Shown one piece after another: positions 25,151-36,490 of a stretch of 57,861 bases of DNA. The notes beneath the pieces are model-generated. The model searched no databases. It had not been told where the DNA came from and saw only the letters and a program-made list of their open reading frames with translations. The DNA is taken from NCBI RefSeq assembly GCF_001194135.2, contig NC_068993.1:24247300-24305160 (forward strand). The letters are read 5' to 3'. How positions within the stretch are numbered: the stretch's first letter is position 1; the number at the start of each line of letters is the position of its first letter. The stretch comes from Octopus bimaculoides. Its lineage: Eukaryota. A program made the translations under genes and the position numbers.

Positions 25151-26599
25151 ATGAGTGCAAGCGTAAACAACCGGATTGGGCTGTCTGCCTTTCGAGGTTC
25201 ATTGCCATATGCCAGACTTATTCAGTGATCAATTAGCAAATTTCTAATGCAATGAGCAGCAGAACGAGAGAATCTACTAGACGGAGCTCCGAGGGTAAAC
25301 GAAAACTTATGTTCTTGATGACAAAGCCGATAGTATGGAAGCCAAACGGCTTCTTCCCAAAGGTAATACTCCCTCAGTCAAAATCAGTGAAGAGAAATTG
25401 AAGTGGGGAGAGGAGTGTAAAACTGTTCCAGGAAGGAAATATGGGAGAAGGCGCCAGAAAAGAAATTACTCATTTCCTTCCAGCCACTCCCAAAAGAAGG
25501 AATGTATGACTAGCGAATGAGAGCAGCATCCTACTGAGAACACATGATACATGTAATTCTTTGAATCACAAAATGCTTCTGAATGTGCGAAAATGCCAAA
25601 CTACTGGCATCGTGAGGAGATGGGAGAAGATTATATAGAAATCACGAGCGGTAGTAAGCCGTACTTATCTACCAAGACAAAGACAGCATGAGTGAAGCGA
25701 TATTCGTTCAAATAGTTATTGAAAACATATTCATCTAAAAATTAATAGGAAAAATAGATATTAAGATATGTTATTATCTTTAGTTCAGCAGCTCCTGTTT
25801 CATTGAGGTAATCTTCCCTGGCAGTGATTTTAACTATTTTGTGTATGTCTAAGTGTGATAAAGGAAAAAATAATGACTTCTAAGGAAGGATTTTATTTAA
25901 GTCAATCCGATATAATCTCTATTCCGCAAGAAAAAGAAAATCGGAGTTGGTGTTCTTATCAAGCACGATTGCATCAAGTGGACCTGGGCTTATAATATAT
26001 ATCTAAATAATTCTTCAGGAACACACATTTTCGGTTAAATTTCAACTGGCCTAGGCAAAGCACGTGCTTACGCTATATATATATCTTTTAATTTCCCCAA
26101 TCTTCTCATATCTTCATCTTAATAGCCTTATCTCTGCTTCAGAAGTACCCTCTTATAATAATCATATTCTAAGGTGACCTTTTCTTTAACATTAGAGCTG
26201 TGAGTATAACATCAAAGGTTGTGATTTCGTTTCTTTGCGAGGAAGCTAAAGAATGTACTTTCGCCGTTTTCTTTCATACTTATCCTCTTATCTCTATCAA
26301 AGCTTTATGTTCCTTCTCATTATATGTTTTTTTTCCTATTTTTAATACCATATTAATGATTATCACCTTATCTTATAAACATTCTATGTATATAATGTGA
26401 ATTGCTTGCACATAAATGTGTTGGTAAGTAAAGGAATTCTAATATACACATGTATGACTACACATAATTGCATACGTGCAATGATGCAGGAATGAACATA
26501 TATGTGTGCTCATTTCGTTTATACTCTTGCACAAGTATATTAATCTTATTTTATCATCACTTTTACTTACATAGAGATGGTATTGAAATACGCGCATAT

Positions 26600-26656
26600 A
26601 TGCATGCATTGACACGCATATACACACACATATATAAGTTTACATACATATATATT

Positions 26657-26730
<74 letters not shown>

Positions 26731-26745
26731 TACATATATAAATTA

Positions 26746-26776
<31 letters not shown>

Positions 26777-26965
26777 GAAATTTACATACATATGTATTCA
26801 TCGATAAGTAAGTTTGTAAACACGTTCACGTATATATACATATAAACACACATATATACACAAACTCATACATGCATATATATATATATATATATATATA
26901 TTATTTAATATATACAAATGCGACCGTGTATGTGCATGTGTTGTGTGTGTGTGTGTGTGTGTGTA
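26600..26965. repeat. (TA)n / (CA)n / (TG)n compound tract
   Basis: Direct reading. Confidence 0.9.
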
Positions 26966-27236
26966 ATGTGCAATGTTTTCAGACTTTAAGTGGATCAAAA
27001 TTCCAGTGGGTTTGCAATACATAAAAATAATTCGAACATATACAGAAGGTGAAAAGGGAAAACAACCAAGAAAGGAAAACGAAAATAACGGTTTGAAATA
27101 ATACCATATTAATTTAACATTTTCAAAAGGAAATCTTATATTATCTACTTGTCAATATCTTTTTTCCACTCTTACTTTCCTACCATCTTCCGTTTTCGTT
27201 CAGCTGGTTCACTTCAATCAAATAGATATGAAGCAA

Positions 27237-27237
<1 letters not shown>

Positions 27238-27279
<42 letters not shown>

Positions 27280-27286
27280 CCACCAC

Positions 27287-27317
<31 letters not shown>

Positions 27318-27404
27318 GTCATCATCATCATCATCATTATCGTCATCAACAATATCGCTGTCGTCGTCATCATCACCATCACCATCATCATCACCATCAT
27401 CACC
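27238..27404. repeat. (CAT)n microsatellite with CAC/CGT variants
   Basis: Direct reading; source of poly-His/Asp/Met ORFs. Confidence 0.95.
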
Positions 27405-28607
27405 AATCATATTTCTTATGGTAAGTAACTATGTAAGGCCAAGTCTTATAGATTGGGGTCATCTCTAAATGATTGGGCCAGGAGGGTGAGGTGTTTTATT
27501 GTTGCTCTTTAGATGATGAATTCAAATTCCGATGATTTTTTTCCAAGGACAATCAAAAGAAAATAAATATGAATAGCAATAAAGAAATCTTAATTATTTT
27601 AAAAATTGTAGTGATTTAAGGAATAGCAATCAATAGGAGTCTCTCCTTACGGAAGAAAACCCTGGCAAGTGGTATGACGATGCCTTAAATGACACAAAAA
27701 AGGAGGACTAAGCGAAGCCATCTGCAGAAGATAGCTTGCGGGAAAAAGACTTATGAGACCTCTCTAGCGAATTCAAAGTTTAATGTCCGCGGCTCATGTT
27801 TAGAACGATTCAAAGAAAGCACGTTCATCGTGACAGTCACGTCAAATGTAAGTAACACATGTAAGGAAGGCGGGAAGCTGAGGTCGGAGAATGATGACGA
27901 ACTACTAACTTGAGAGAAGAGAAAGGGAATAAGTGGAAGTGTGTAACTGACAGGACTTCCACAATACGGAACAGTCTTAACTTTAACATCAAAAATACAG
28001 AGTTCTAGAGATGTGGATGATCAACGGAATGAGATAATCATGCCGGACCCATATTCAGTACACATAAGATATGGAGCAAGTGTTCAATACAAAGATTTTT
28101 ATTCGTTCTGCTAGAGTGATGACTTATGGTAATATGAGAATTTTTTTTTTTAACAGAGGTGGCGGCTGTATGTAATTAGGACAGAAAACCGATTAAAGAT
28201 GAGCTTTTCATTCTTACGAAATATTTCTAGGTATTCACGAGACCATAAATTACTTGCAGGTCAGCTTCCTAGATATAGTATTCCAGTATTAATGATAGAC
28301 CAAAATGTGTCATAAGGTATGTCACCATCTTTGAAGTGGTGAATATTTGTCTTATGCATAAATAACTTTCACTCAAATGTTTCTCTATTTCTTCCTAGTC
28401 AATGACAAGGCTTTTCTCCCAATTGTCTGATACAGCCATTCTTTGTTTACGCACTTCGAACTACATTTCATTTCAATTGCCTTTCTTGAAATTTAATGAC
28501 TTTTCTCTTCGTTATGGGTGAAACTTCCTCGTATCGTTTTAGATTCAAAAATTATACTATCCACTCACAAATATATTTGTGGAAGCCATTTAAGTTCATG
28601 CATATAC

Positions 28608-28638
28608 AGATAGATAGATAGATAGATAGATAGATAGG

Positions 28639-28689
<51 letters not shown>
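28608..28689. repeat. (AGAT)n microsatellite
   Basis: Direct reading; one GGTA interruption. Confidence 0.97.
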
Positions 28690-28695
28690 CAGAAG

Positions 28696-28761
28696 GAAGC
28701 CGCGGGCGCGAGCCCGGGCGAAGCCGACCGTGGGTGCAGATCTCGGTGGTAGTAGCAAATA
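28696..28761 (+). rRNA. 28S: 28S (LSU) rRNA-derived fragment, not a functional gene
   Basis: GAAGCCGCGGGCGCGAGCCCGGGCGAAGCCGACCGTGGGTGCAGATCTCGGTGGTAGTAGCAAATA matches the conserved eukaryotic LSU segment ...GGTGCAGATCTTGGTGGTAGTAGCAAATA; weak similarity may extend to about 28830. Confidence 0.88.
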
Positions 28762-29117
28762 CGCATATAGAAAAAAATGAAATGAGAAGTTGGAAAGAGA
28801 GAAGGAATTACCAGTATTGTAGCTCATGGCTAAAAAAAAGTGATACACTCATTCAGAATCCCTCAAGTAGTGGGACCCTGCACTTCTCTTCATATAATCA
28901 CGATTAGTTAAAATCAACGTGAAATTAACTACCTCGCGATATATTTAAATTGCCTTATGTAATTTAGGTGCAAAGTGGGACGGGCTTTATATAAACCAGC
29001 ATACTGTGCGACAACGCTTCGAACTCACTATTTGCCTTTAATTGTTATCTTTCCAACCAACAATATATTTAATGTGTAACTATGTAAAAATATGTGTCTA
29101 AATCACGAGTTTTCAAA

Positions 29118-29548
29118 TTGGTTTCAAATTTTGACACAAGGTCGGCAGTTTCAGAAAGGGGTAAGTCGAGTACACCAACTGCAGTATTCAATTGGTACAT
29201 ATTTTATCGTGTCCGAGAAAGTAGAATGTGAAGTCGAACTCCGCGGCATTTTTACTCAGAGCGTAAAGACGGAGGAAATGCTGCTAAGCATTTTGCCCGG
29301 TGTGGTAACGATTCTGCCAGCTCGCCGCCATATTACGAGTTGCCAAATTCTTTCCTACTCAAGGCACAAAGTCCGAAATTTTGGGGAGAAGTGACAAGTT
29401 GATTAGATCAACCCCAGTACCTTACTGGTACTTAATTTATCGACCCTGAAAGGACGAAAGGCAAAGTCGACCTCAGCGGAATTTAAACTCAGAACGTAAA
29501 GACAGATGAAATACCGCTAAGCATTTCGCCCGGCGTGCTAATGTTCAC
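29118..29548 (-). mobile_element. Two tandem SINE family 1 copies (about 29118-29331, 29346-29548)
   Basis: Head GGCGGCGAGCTGGCAGAATCGTT plus the central domain. Confidence 0.88.
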
Positions 29549-30104
29549 GAGTTACCAAATTGAGATAGGTTTACACATTGGATTAATTTTCACATTATCA
29601 CGGCGTAATATTCTGATTTTGGACTTTGACATATTTTTATCCAGTTATAATTTTTAAATAGCCATAAATAGGCACAGCCTGTGAAAAAAATAATGCATTT
29701 TTTCCATCGCTCATTTTGGATTTGATCATCTGCTTGTATAGCTCCTAACTACTGTTGCTAATCGAGTAGTCTAAGTCAGAGTTATGTGCTGGTTTCTCAT
29801 ATTTGCACATTAATATTTTGTAAATAACTGAAATATAGTTGTAATATGTTTTTATGATATATTCTTTATTGTTTTGTCATTTGAATTTTAAAAAGTACAA
29901 TTTGAATTTTAAAAACATTATCTTAAATTTCCACTTTAACACTTGTTCTATTTTAAGAGAAATGCAAACACAAATTTATTATCAGAGTGGAGTTAATTTT
30001 ACTTTCAAGAAATTACTAGGGAATAAATGGAGTAAATGGAGTTAGTACGTTCCGGACCTATTAGTGTAAATGTATTCAATATTCTTCTATTATTCTATTT
30101 GGTG

Positions 30105-30142
30105 TATATCATATCATGGATTCCTATCCATGATATGATATA
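30105..30142. other. Perfect 17-bp inverted repeat with 4-nt loop
   Basis: TATATCATATCATGGAT-TCCT-ATCCATGATATGATATA. Confidence 0.9.
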
Positions 30143-31554
30143 ATTCTACTTGCTTCATTTCTACGTTTCTTTACACCCTAAGGTACTGAGTTTGCATCCT
30201 AACTGAATTTTTTTTCTTCTAAATACTAATGAGTACAGCTCAGTAAAACATCAAATCAAATGCGTGTTACCTCTAGTGCGAGTCACGACAAATGAAGCAA
30301 AATATATTGACGTACAAGAGCCTCCCGTGAAAGAAATACATTTCTCAAATACACAACTTGCTAGATACAATATGGTGGTAACTGTGTCAACGACAAAAGC
30401 TAAATCCAAAAGTGAGGTACGACTCTTTATAATGGAAAAGATGCAACATGTAGGAGATTAAAAAGTTTGTGGAAATATTGTGGGTTTTTCTTGAAGTAAT
30501 TTTATAGTGTCAGAATATTTTGCGTAACAAGCGTACTTTGATGTTAAGCTCAAATGTTTCGATACTGTTCATTTCTGAATATGATAAAAATAATATTATC
30601 AAATCTTATATACGTGTATGAGTGTGTATGTGTATATGTATGTAAGGGGTCCGTGTGAGGACGTACAAAGAAGAATTTTGCATTTCCATTTGCAAATTCA
30701 ATAATGACTTTATAAATGTTTTTTTACGCATGCGTTTTCATATGATCGTTCGCATTTGTTTGAGGCCTTTTATGATTTTTCTCCATATGTGCTTTTTTAT
30801 AGCATAGCGTCGTGGGGTGTTAATGATTCGTAGAAAGATTGCAATGAAAGCGAAACTAGAAAAAATGCTTCGGAAATAAACCGATACATCAATCTTAATG
30901 GGAAACTAAGTAGAACATCTTCAAAATATGGAGCGTTAGATATAACTAAAATTTATATAAAAATATCTTATTTCTTAGTATTAATATATGAAATAATCGA
31001 TGGAAAGTTTTCATTGATTTCTGCGGATTAAGACATTACATGCTGTAACATTACTGAAACGAAAGACGAAGATTTTGATATTTTAGCTAGATTCTAAAGA
31101 GAGTAAACATTTAAACGGCATTCGATATTTTAAAACAACTCATTTATCTAATCCTTTAATTTTTTTTAAGCGTAAAGGAAATTGACTTCTGTCAGATTTT
31201 GAGGAAATGTCTATGCTTTATGTACAGAATGAAACTCGAAGATGAACTAAAAGGGGGAAAAGATAAAGGGAAGAGAAACAATTTACTAGAATAATATTCC
31301 TATCGAAGTTTAAATCGAAGCGAAATAATAAAACCGATCACGAGTACGTTTAAGAAGTTGGCTACCCAATCTTCTGGTTTCATGTTCGTTTCCGTTGCTT
31401 TTCATAATGGGTGAATTAGATCTATAAGAGTATCAGAATCCCCAATGGTCTGCTAAGTGGAAACGGTGCGGACGTCAGCTTCGTACAAAAATACGCACAC
31501 ACACACACACACACACAGGCATTCACACATATATATATGTATATATTCTTATAC

Positions 31555-31710
31555 TCGTTTCAATCATTAGACTGCAGCCATGCTGGGGCACTGCCTTGAA
31601 GAGATTCTTGTCGATTGAATCGGCTCCAATCCATTTTTAAAGCTATCGGGGACGTAAATACAACAGTACCGGTTGTCAAGCGGCGGTGGGGTACATCCTC
31701 TGACACAAAG

Positions 31711-31725
<15 letters not shown>
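31555..31725 (-). mobile_element. SINE family 2, 3' fragment
   Basis: GACTGCAGCCATGCTGGGGCAC...GGGGACGTAAA...GGTTGTCAAGCG shared with 42088-42740. Confidence 0.75.
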
Positions 31726-31772
<47 letters not shown>

Positions 31773-31799
31773 ATGATTGACCGTTGACTGAACACTATT

Positions 31800-31963
31800 C
31801 AATTTTTTCTCCGTGTTTTTCTCCTTGTCTCCGTATTCTTTCTGTTGAAGAGCGTAGCTCGAAACGTCAAAGACTTTCCGTATTCCCGAGCGTCATACTA
31901 ATATATACTTTTGTTATTTACACCACCTGTCCTCGTCTGTTGTTATTTTTTGTATATTCTCCC
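31800..31963 (+). mobile_element. Solo Penelope-type pseudo-LTR with hammerhead, ending in (TA)n
   Basis: Contains the hammerhead at 31837-31873; homologous to 51560-51840 (-). Confidence 0.65.
31837..31873 (+). ncRNA. Minimal type I hammerhead-like ribozyme, A6U core variant
   Basis: TCTTT-CTGTTGA-A-GAGC(GTA)GCTC-GAAA-C-GTC-AAAGA: 5-bp stem I, 4-bp stem II, palindromic ACGT stem III, GUC triplet. Confidence 0.7.
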
Positions 31964-31980
31964 ATATATATATATATATA

Positions 31981-32068
31981 TTTACATTTGACGGATATTT
32001 GTCTGTATCAGGTGTCTTGGGGAAATTTCGAACCTGGGTTCTCATTCCTAAGGCATTTTTCGATGTTG

Positions 32069-32106
<38 letters not shown>

Positions 32107-32590
32107 CAGATCACTTCCTGGAATGGAACTCAGAATCTTGGGGTTAGTAGCCCACGCTCTTAACCACTACGCCATATGTCCGTGGGCAATTACGGAGTGA
32201 ATTTTAGGGCTTATAAGTCTAATATTTTCCTATCCTTCCTTAATACTGGTTCCCATATGCTACTCATATCTGCACTCAGTCTGCTTAGGAGGTTGTTATG
32301 GCCTAGCATACGTGCTGCTTCTTTTAGCTTTCGTATTTTCCAGTGATGTTCTCTATCTATTATTTTAACTTCATCCCACAGGGGAAGGTGGTCTCCATTT
32401 TTCCATTCATGATCAGCTATACCCTATTTATCAATATCTCCTCGTGTCACAGCTTTGCGGTGTTCGTCTACCTAATTTTGAGGGTGCGGCTGTGTATAAC
32501 CTACCACAGCTGCATGGGATGGAGTACACGCAGTCTTTGGTCATATTCTATTTTTATTGGTAGCTTTACTCGAAAGGGATATTTGCGAAG
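31981..32590 (-). mobile_element. Penelope-like element, inverted 3' segment (GIY-YIG endonuclease + 3' end)
   Basis: TTLRKY.FRVK..NMTKDCVYSIPCSCGRLY...RTLKIR.DEHRKAVTRGDIDK.GIADHEWKNGDHLPLWDEVKIIDREHHWKIRKLKEAA on the - strand. Confidence 0.88.
32117..32181 (-). promoter_or_regulatory. tRNA-derived (Arg-like) Pol III A/B-box module in the PLE 3' region; not a functional tRNA
   Basis: TGGCGTAGTGG (A-box) and GAGTTCCATTCC (decayed B-box), AAGATTC variable loop; acceptor stem does not pair; followed by (AAT)n. Confidence 0.7.
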
Positions 32591-34350
32591 TGTGGTATTA
32601 CTCGTCCTTGAGAGGATTCATTACAACCGTTGCAAAAAACATCAACTAAAGAACGAAATCAAAGAGTGGTTATCTTCATTACTTAGGAAAGTAACCAGAG
32701 ATTATTATAGAAAGAGAATCCAACAAGATCTAGGAAAGTCGTACATGAAAAAATTTGAAATGGTGAAGACACACCAGATTAAGAATTTTATGAAACACAA
32801 AGGTGAGAGAATGAAGACTAAAGTCCGTCTCCCACCTGTGAAAGCAGTAACTAATGTAAGTAGCCGACATCTAAAAAGCTCTGAAGAAGCAGTACTAAAC
32901 AAAGGTCTCAACTTTGCGACAGTCATCAAGCGCATTACATACTTTGACATAATAGCCCCTATTGAAGAGATAGCCATAAAGATACCAAAAGCCCAGGGAG
33001 ATGAAGTAAGGTGCAAAGTGAGACAGGTATTAGAAAAAGCGAAACTTCCCAAACCAAACATCACTAAGGAAGAAAAGTTTGCTATCAAATGACTACAGAG
33101 TGACAATTCCATCATAATACTTCCAGCGGACAAGGGAAATGCTACAGTGGTGATGAACAAGTCTGACTACTCGGAAAAATTGGCAAGTCTTATATGTGAT
33201 GGTAGCTACAGCAAAGAAAAGCAAGACCCGACTCTGAAAACAGAGAGGAAGTTGTCACAGATCTTGATCAAGAACAAGATCACTTTACACCAATCAAGTA
33301 CAGATAACCGACTCAACATTATAGTAAACTACCACACATGTACGGTCTCCCTAAAATTCACAAGGATGGTATTCCATTAAGACCTATAGGGAGCTGTAGA
33401 GGTTCAGCATGCCATCCATTGAGCCGCTTCTTTGTGGATATAATCAGTCCATTAGCAGGAAAGTCAACATCGTACGTGAAAAATTCCAGCCACTTTACAG
33501 AATTGATCAAGGATACTCCCATTGAAACCAACCAGATGGTAAGTCTAGATGTGATAAGTCTGTTCACCAGAGTCCCAACTGGTGAAGCACTATCGGTGAT
33601 TTAAGAAAAACTAGTGACAGACACCCATCTAAAAGAACGCACTAGCATACCAATAGCAAGACCTTCTGTGTAGAAACTACCTACTTCAGTATAGACACTG
33701 ATATATATCGACAGTTTAACTATGGGTTCACCATTATCACCGATAATAACCAACATATAAATGGAATACTTTGAGAATCTGGCTTTAGGATCAACACCAC
33801 GAAAACCAACCCTATGGCTATGATATGTTGATGACACGTTTATACACTGCCCCCAACAGGAAGATGACCAAGTGCTGTTAGATCGTGTGAACTCATAAAA
33901 CCATCCATATAGTTCACAATGGAAAAGGAAAAAGACATTCTGCTAGCATTCCTGGATGTATTAATAACACGCACCAACTATATTCAGGACATCCGTATAC
34001 CGCAATCCGATCTTCAATTGGCGATACCCCCAACTTCAATTCCCACCATCCATACGGTGTAAAGTGCCTAAAACATCGAGCAAATAATATAAGTAACGAT
34101 CGTGATACAACACCACGAAGAAATGATCAAGCTAAATAACAACTACACTCAAAACATACTATCCACTCCAATTATGAAGAAAAGAAAAGAGAGGATGAAA
34201 CCAATAAACTGTCCACCGACTGTCTACCCTATGTGAAAGGCGTCTCCGAAAAGATACAAAAGATATGCGGCCCATATGACGTCAGGACTGTGTTCAATAG
34301 GAATACAACACTTCTCAAATATCTCCTTCGAGTAAAATCACCAGTAGCAA
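32590..34350 (+). mobile_element. Penelope-like element RT ORF, pseudogenised, truncated just before the GIY-YIG domain
   Basis: LNKGLNF, PADKGNATVVMN, YGLPKIHK..IPLRPI, SLDVISLFT.VP, MGSPLSP, YVDD, FLDV, LPYVKG.SEK; stops and frameshifts. Confidence 0.95.
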
Positions 34351-34571
34351 CGAGGGAGTCAACGAGGAAGAGTGAGGGAGAGAGAGGGAGATGAAGAGAA
34401 CGGTGAAGGGGCAGAGAAGAAATGGAGAAAGGGTGAGAGAGAAAAACAGAAAGAAAGAAGAATAAGAGAGGGAGAATAGAGATAGTTGTAGAGTACGCAT
34501 CAGAGTTATTAAGATAAAGCTTACTTGGAAATGGATGGGTGGCGTTCGATCAGATAATAATATAAATGATA

Positions 34572-34750
<179 letters not shown>

Positions 34751-34839
34751 ATATATACATACATACATGTAGTATACACCTACATATATATGTGTATATA
34801 CATGCATATATGGATACAGGGGGTAAAAAAACGTGAACA

Positions 34840-35235
34840 AAATGAGAAACGAGAACATAAAAACATGAAAACATGGAAAACGAACTTTTTTCGAACAACG
34901 AAAGAAACAAATAGAGGAACGAGACAGGCAACAGAAAGAACAATCCCTTCATCAGTTGTCCCCTGTTTAATCTACTCCGCGTTTCGAACGTTGGGACAAG
35001 ACGCGACTTCGTTAAAACAGTTGTTCCCGCAAAGCAAATAAATAAAATTTGNNNNNNNNNNAATATAACAAAAAACTATTACTCGAAAACTGTCCGATGA
35101 ACGGGAACGTGAAATTCCGAGTAACAGTTTTTTGTTATATTTCTGCTGCTTTTAAATAAAGCATATTACTCTACCTCTGGTATTTGAGTACTCTTTTTTC
35201 CACGTTGTCGCACATTTATGTGCTTACTCCGGTAT
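34840..35235. mobile_element. Probable PLE pseudo-LTR-type repeat spanning a 10-N gap
   Basis: Contains the hammerhead fold at 35086-35131 (+), AATAAA downstream, and ends in (TA)n; family call is inference. Confidence 0.5.
35086..35131 (+). ncRNA. Type I hammerhead-like ribozyme, U4C core variant
   Basis: AAAACTGT-CCGATGA-ACG(GGAA)CGT-GAAA-TTCCGAG-TA-ACAGTTTT: 8-bp stem I, 3-bp stem II, short stem III, GUA triplet. Confidence 0.6.
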
Positions 35236-35239
35236 ATAT

Positions 35240-36490
35240 ATATAATATTAAGTATAAAATGGCCAATTTTCCTCTGCACTAAGTTTGACAGTCGGTAACT
35301 ATAATGTTTTATTCTGAGAATATTTTGTTTTACAATATTGAAGAGTTACATCATCACTTTTCGAAATGCAATTCACGGTGTTTGCATATATTGTGAGATT
35401 CCTCTTGTAAATCAATTTTGTGAACACATCGATCGATCAAAATTTCGTGTTGTGTATAAGTATGAGTTACGTTGTGGAACCAATGCATTCCAGACAGCTC
35501 CAAACATCAGTCAAGTGTTTGTTGAAGATGTGACAAATGAGTGCACCGAACATCGATGGTTTCAGAAGTTCTGGTTAGGTGACTTTACTCTTGAAAATCA
35601 GACCTGAGACCAAGGTGGATAATGATGAGCTGGAAACTGTACTGGAAGCAGATACATCTCAAACTACGCGTGAGTTAGCAGCAAGGTTTGATGTTCCGAT
35701 TCCAAATGCATTGGACCATCTGAAAGGTAAAGAAGTTTGATAAGTGGGTACCACACGAACTGAATAAGCATCCAGTGACACGTCGTCTTGAAACTTGCTG
35801 TACTTTGCTGTTATGGCATAAAAGCGAACCATTTTTTGCATCATATTGTTACGGGTGCTAAAATATGGATTCTTTTCAATAATAGCAAGCGTTCTGCACA
35901 GTGATTGGATAGAGACGAAGTGCCAAAACATAATTCAAAAAGGAATATTCACCAAAAAATGCTAATGGTGTCTGTTTGGTGGTTCAGCGCTGGTGTCATC
36001 CACTACCTCTTCATGAGGCCTTGTAAGTCAATTACAGTGGATGTATACATCAACCAATTGGATGAAATTGGATGAGTTGCAATTAAATGGATGAGTTGCA
36101 ATTAAATGCCAAGACTCGTCAATAGATACAGGCCAATTCTCTTGCAAGATAATGGTCGAGCACATTTTGCAGAAAGAACGCTACTCAGCTTATGCGAACT
36201 GAACCTGGAAGTATCCTGTCATCCATCATATTCACCAGACGTTGCACCAACTGTCTATCACGTTTTCTAGGCATTAGACAACTTTTACTAGAAAAAAATC
36301 TGAAGAAGACGCAAAAACACCTCTTGCTCTTCAGAATTCTTCGCTGCCGGCATAAATAGGCTAAAATGGCAAAATTGTGTCGATAATTTAGGTGCGTAAT
36401 TTGATTAAATGCATTGCTTTTTATTGAGATGAAGTAAAATAAACTTTCAGTTCAAAATCGAACATATTCTTAATGATTTTGATTTGATAT
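35240..36490 (+). mobile_element. Mariner relic, family 1, second copy
   Basis: Colinear with 6617-7815; KWVPHEL, LQDNGRAH, HPSYSPDVAP.VYH; internal 19-bp tandem duplication at 36069-36106. Confidence 0.9.

Noticed and set aside
27149-27428. Poly-His / poly-Asp ORFs resembling metal-binding proteins
   Set aside because: All frames are translations of a (CAT)n microsatellite.
28260-28322. TTGCAG acceptor and AAG/GTATGT donor around a 57-nt segment
   Set aside because: All three frames contain stops; no other support, although a non-coding exon cannot be excluded.
30264-30461. 65-aa ORF with a possible donor site
   Set aside because: No recognisable motif; weak acceptor.
32117-32181. Functional tRNA gene (ACT anticodon)
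   Set aside because: Acceptor and T stems do not pair; treated as a tRNA-derived module.
34930-35015. Additional minus-strand hammerhead-like motifs (CTGATGA at about 34947-34953; TTAACGA...GAAAC)
   Set aside because: The first lacks a downstream GAAA and stem II; the second has two core changes and no clean stems.
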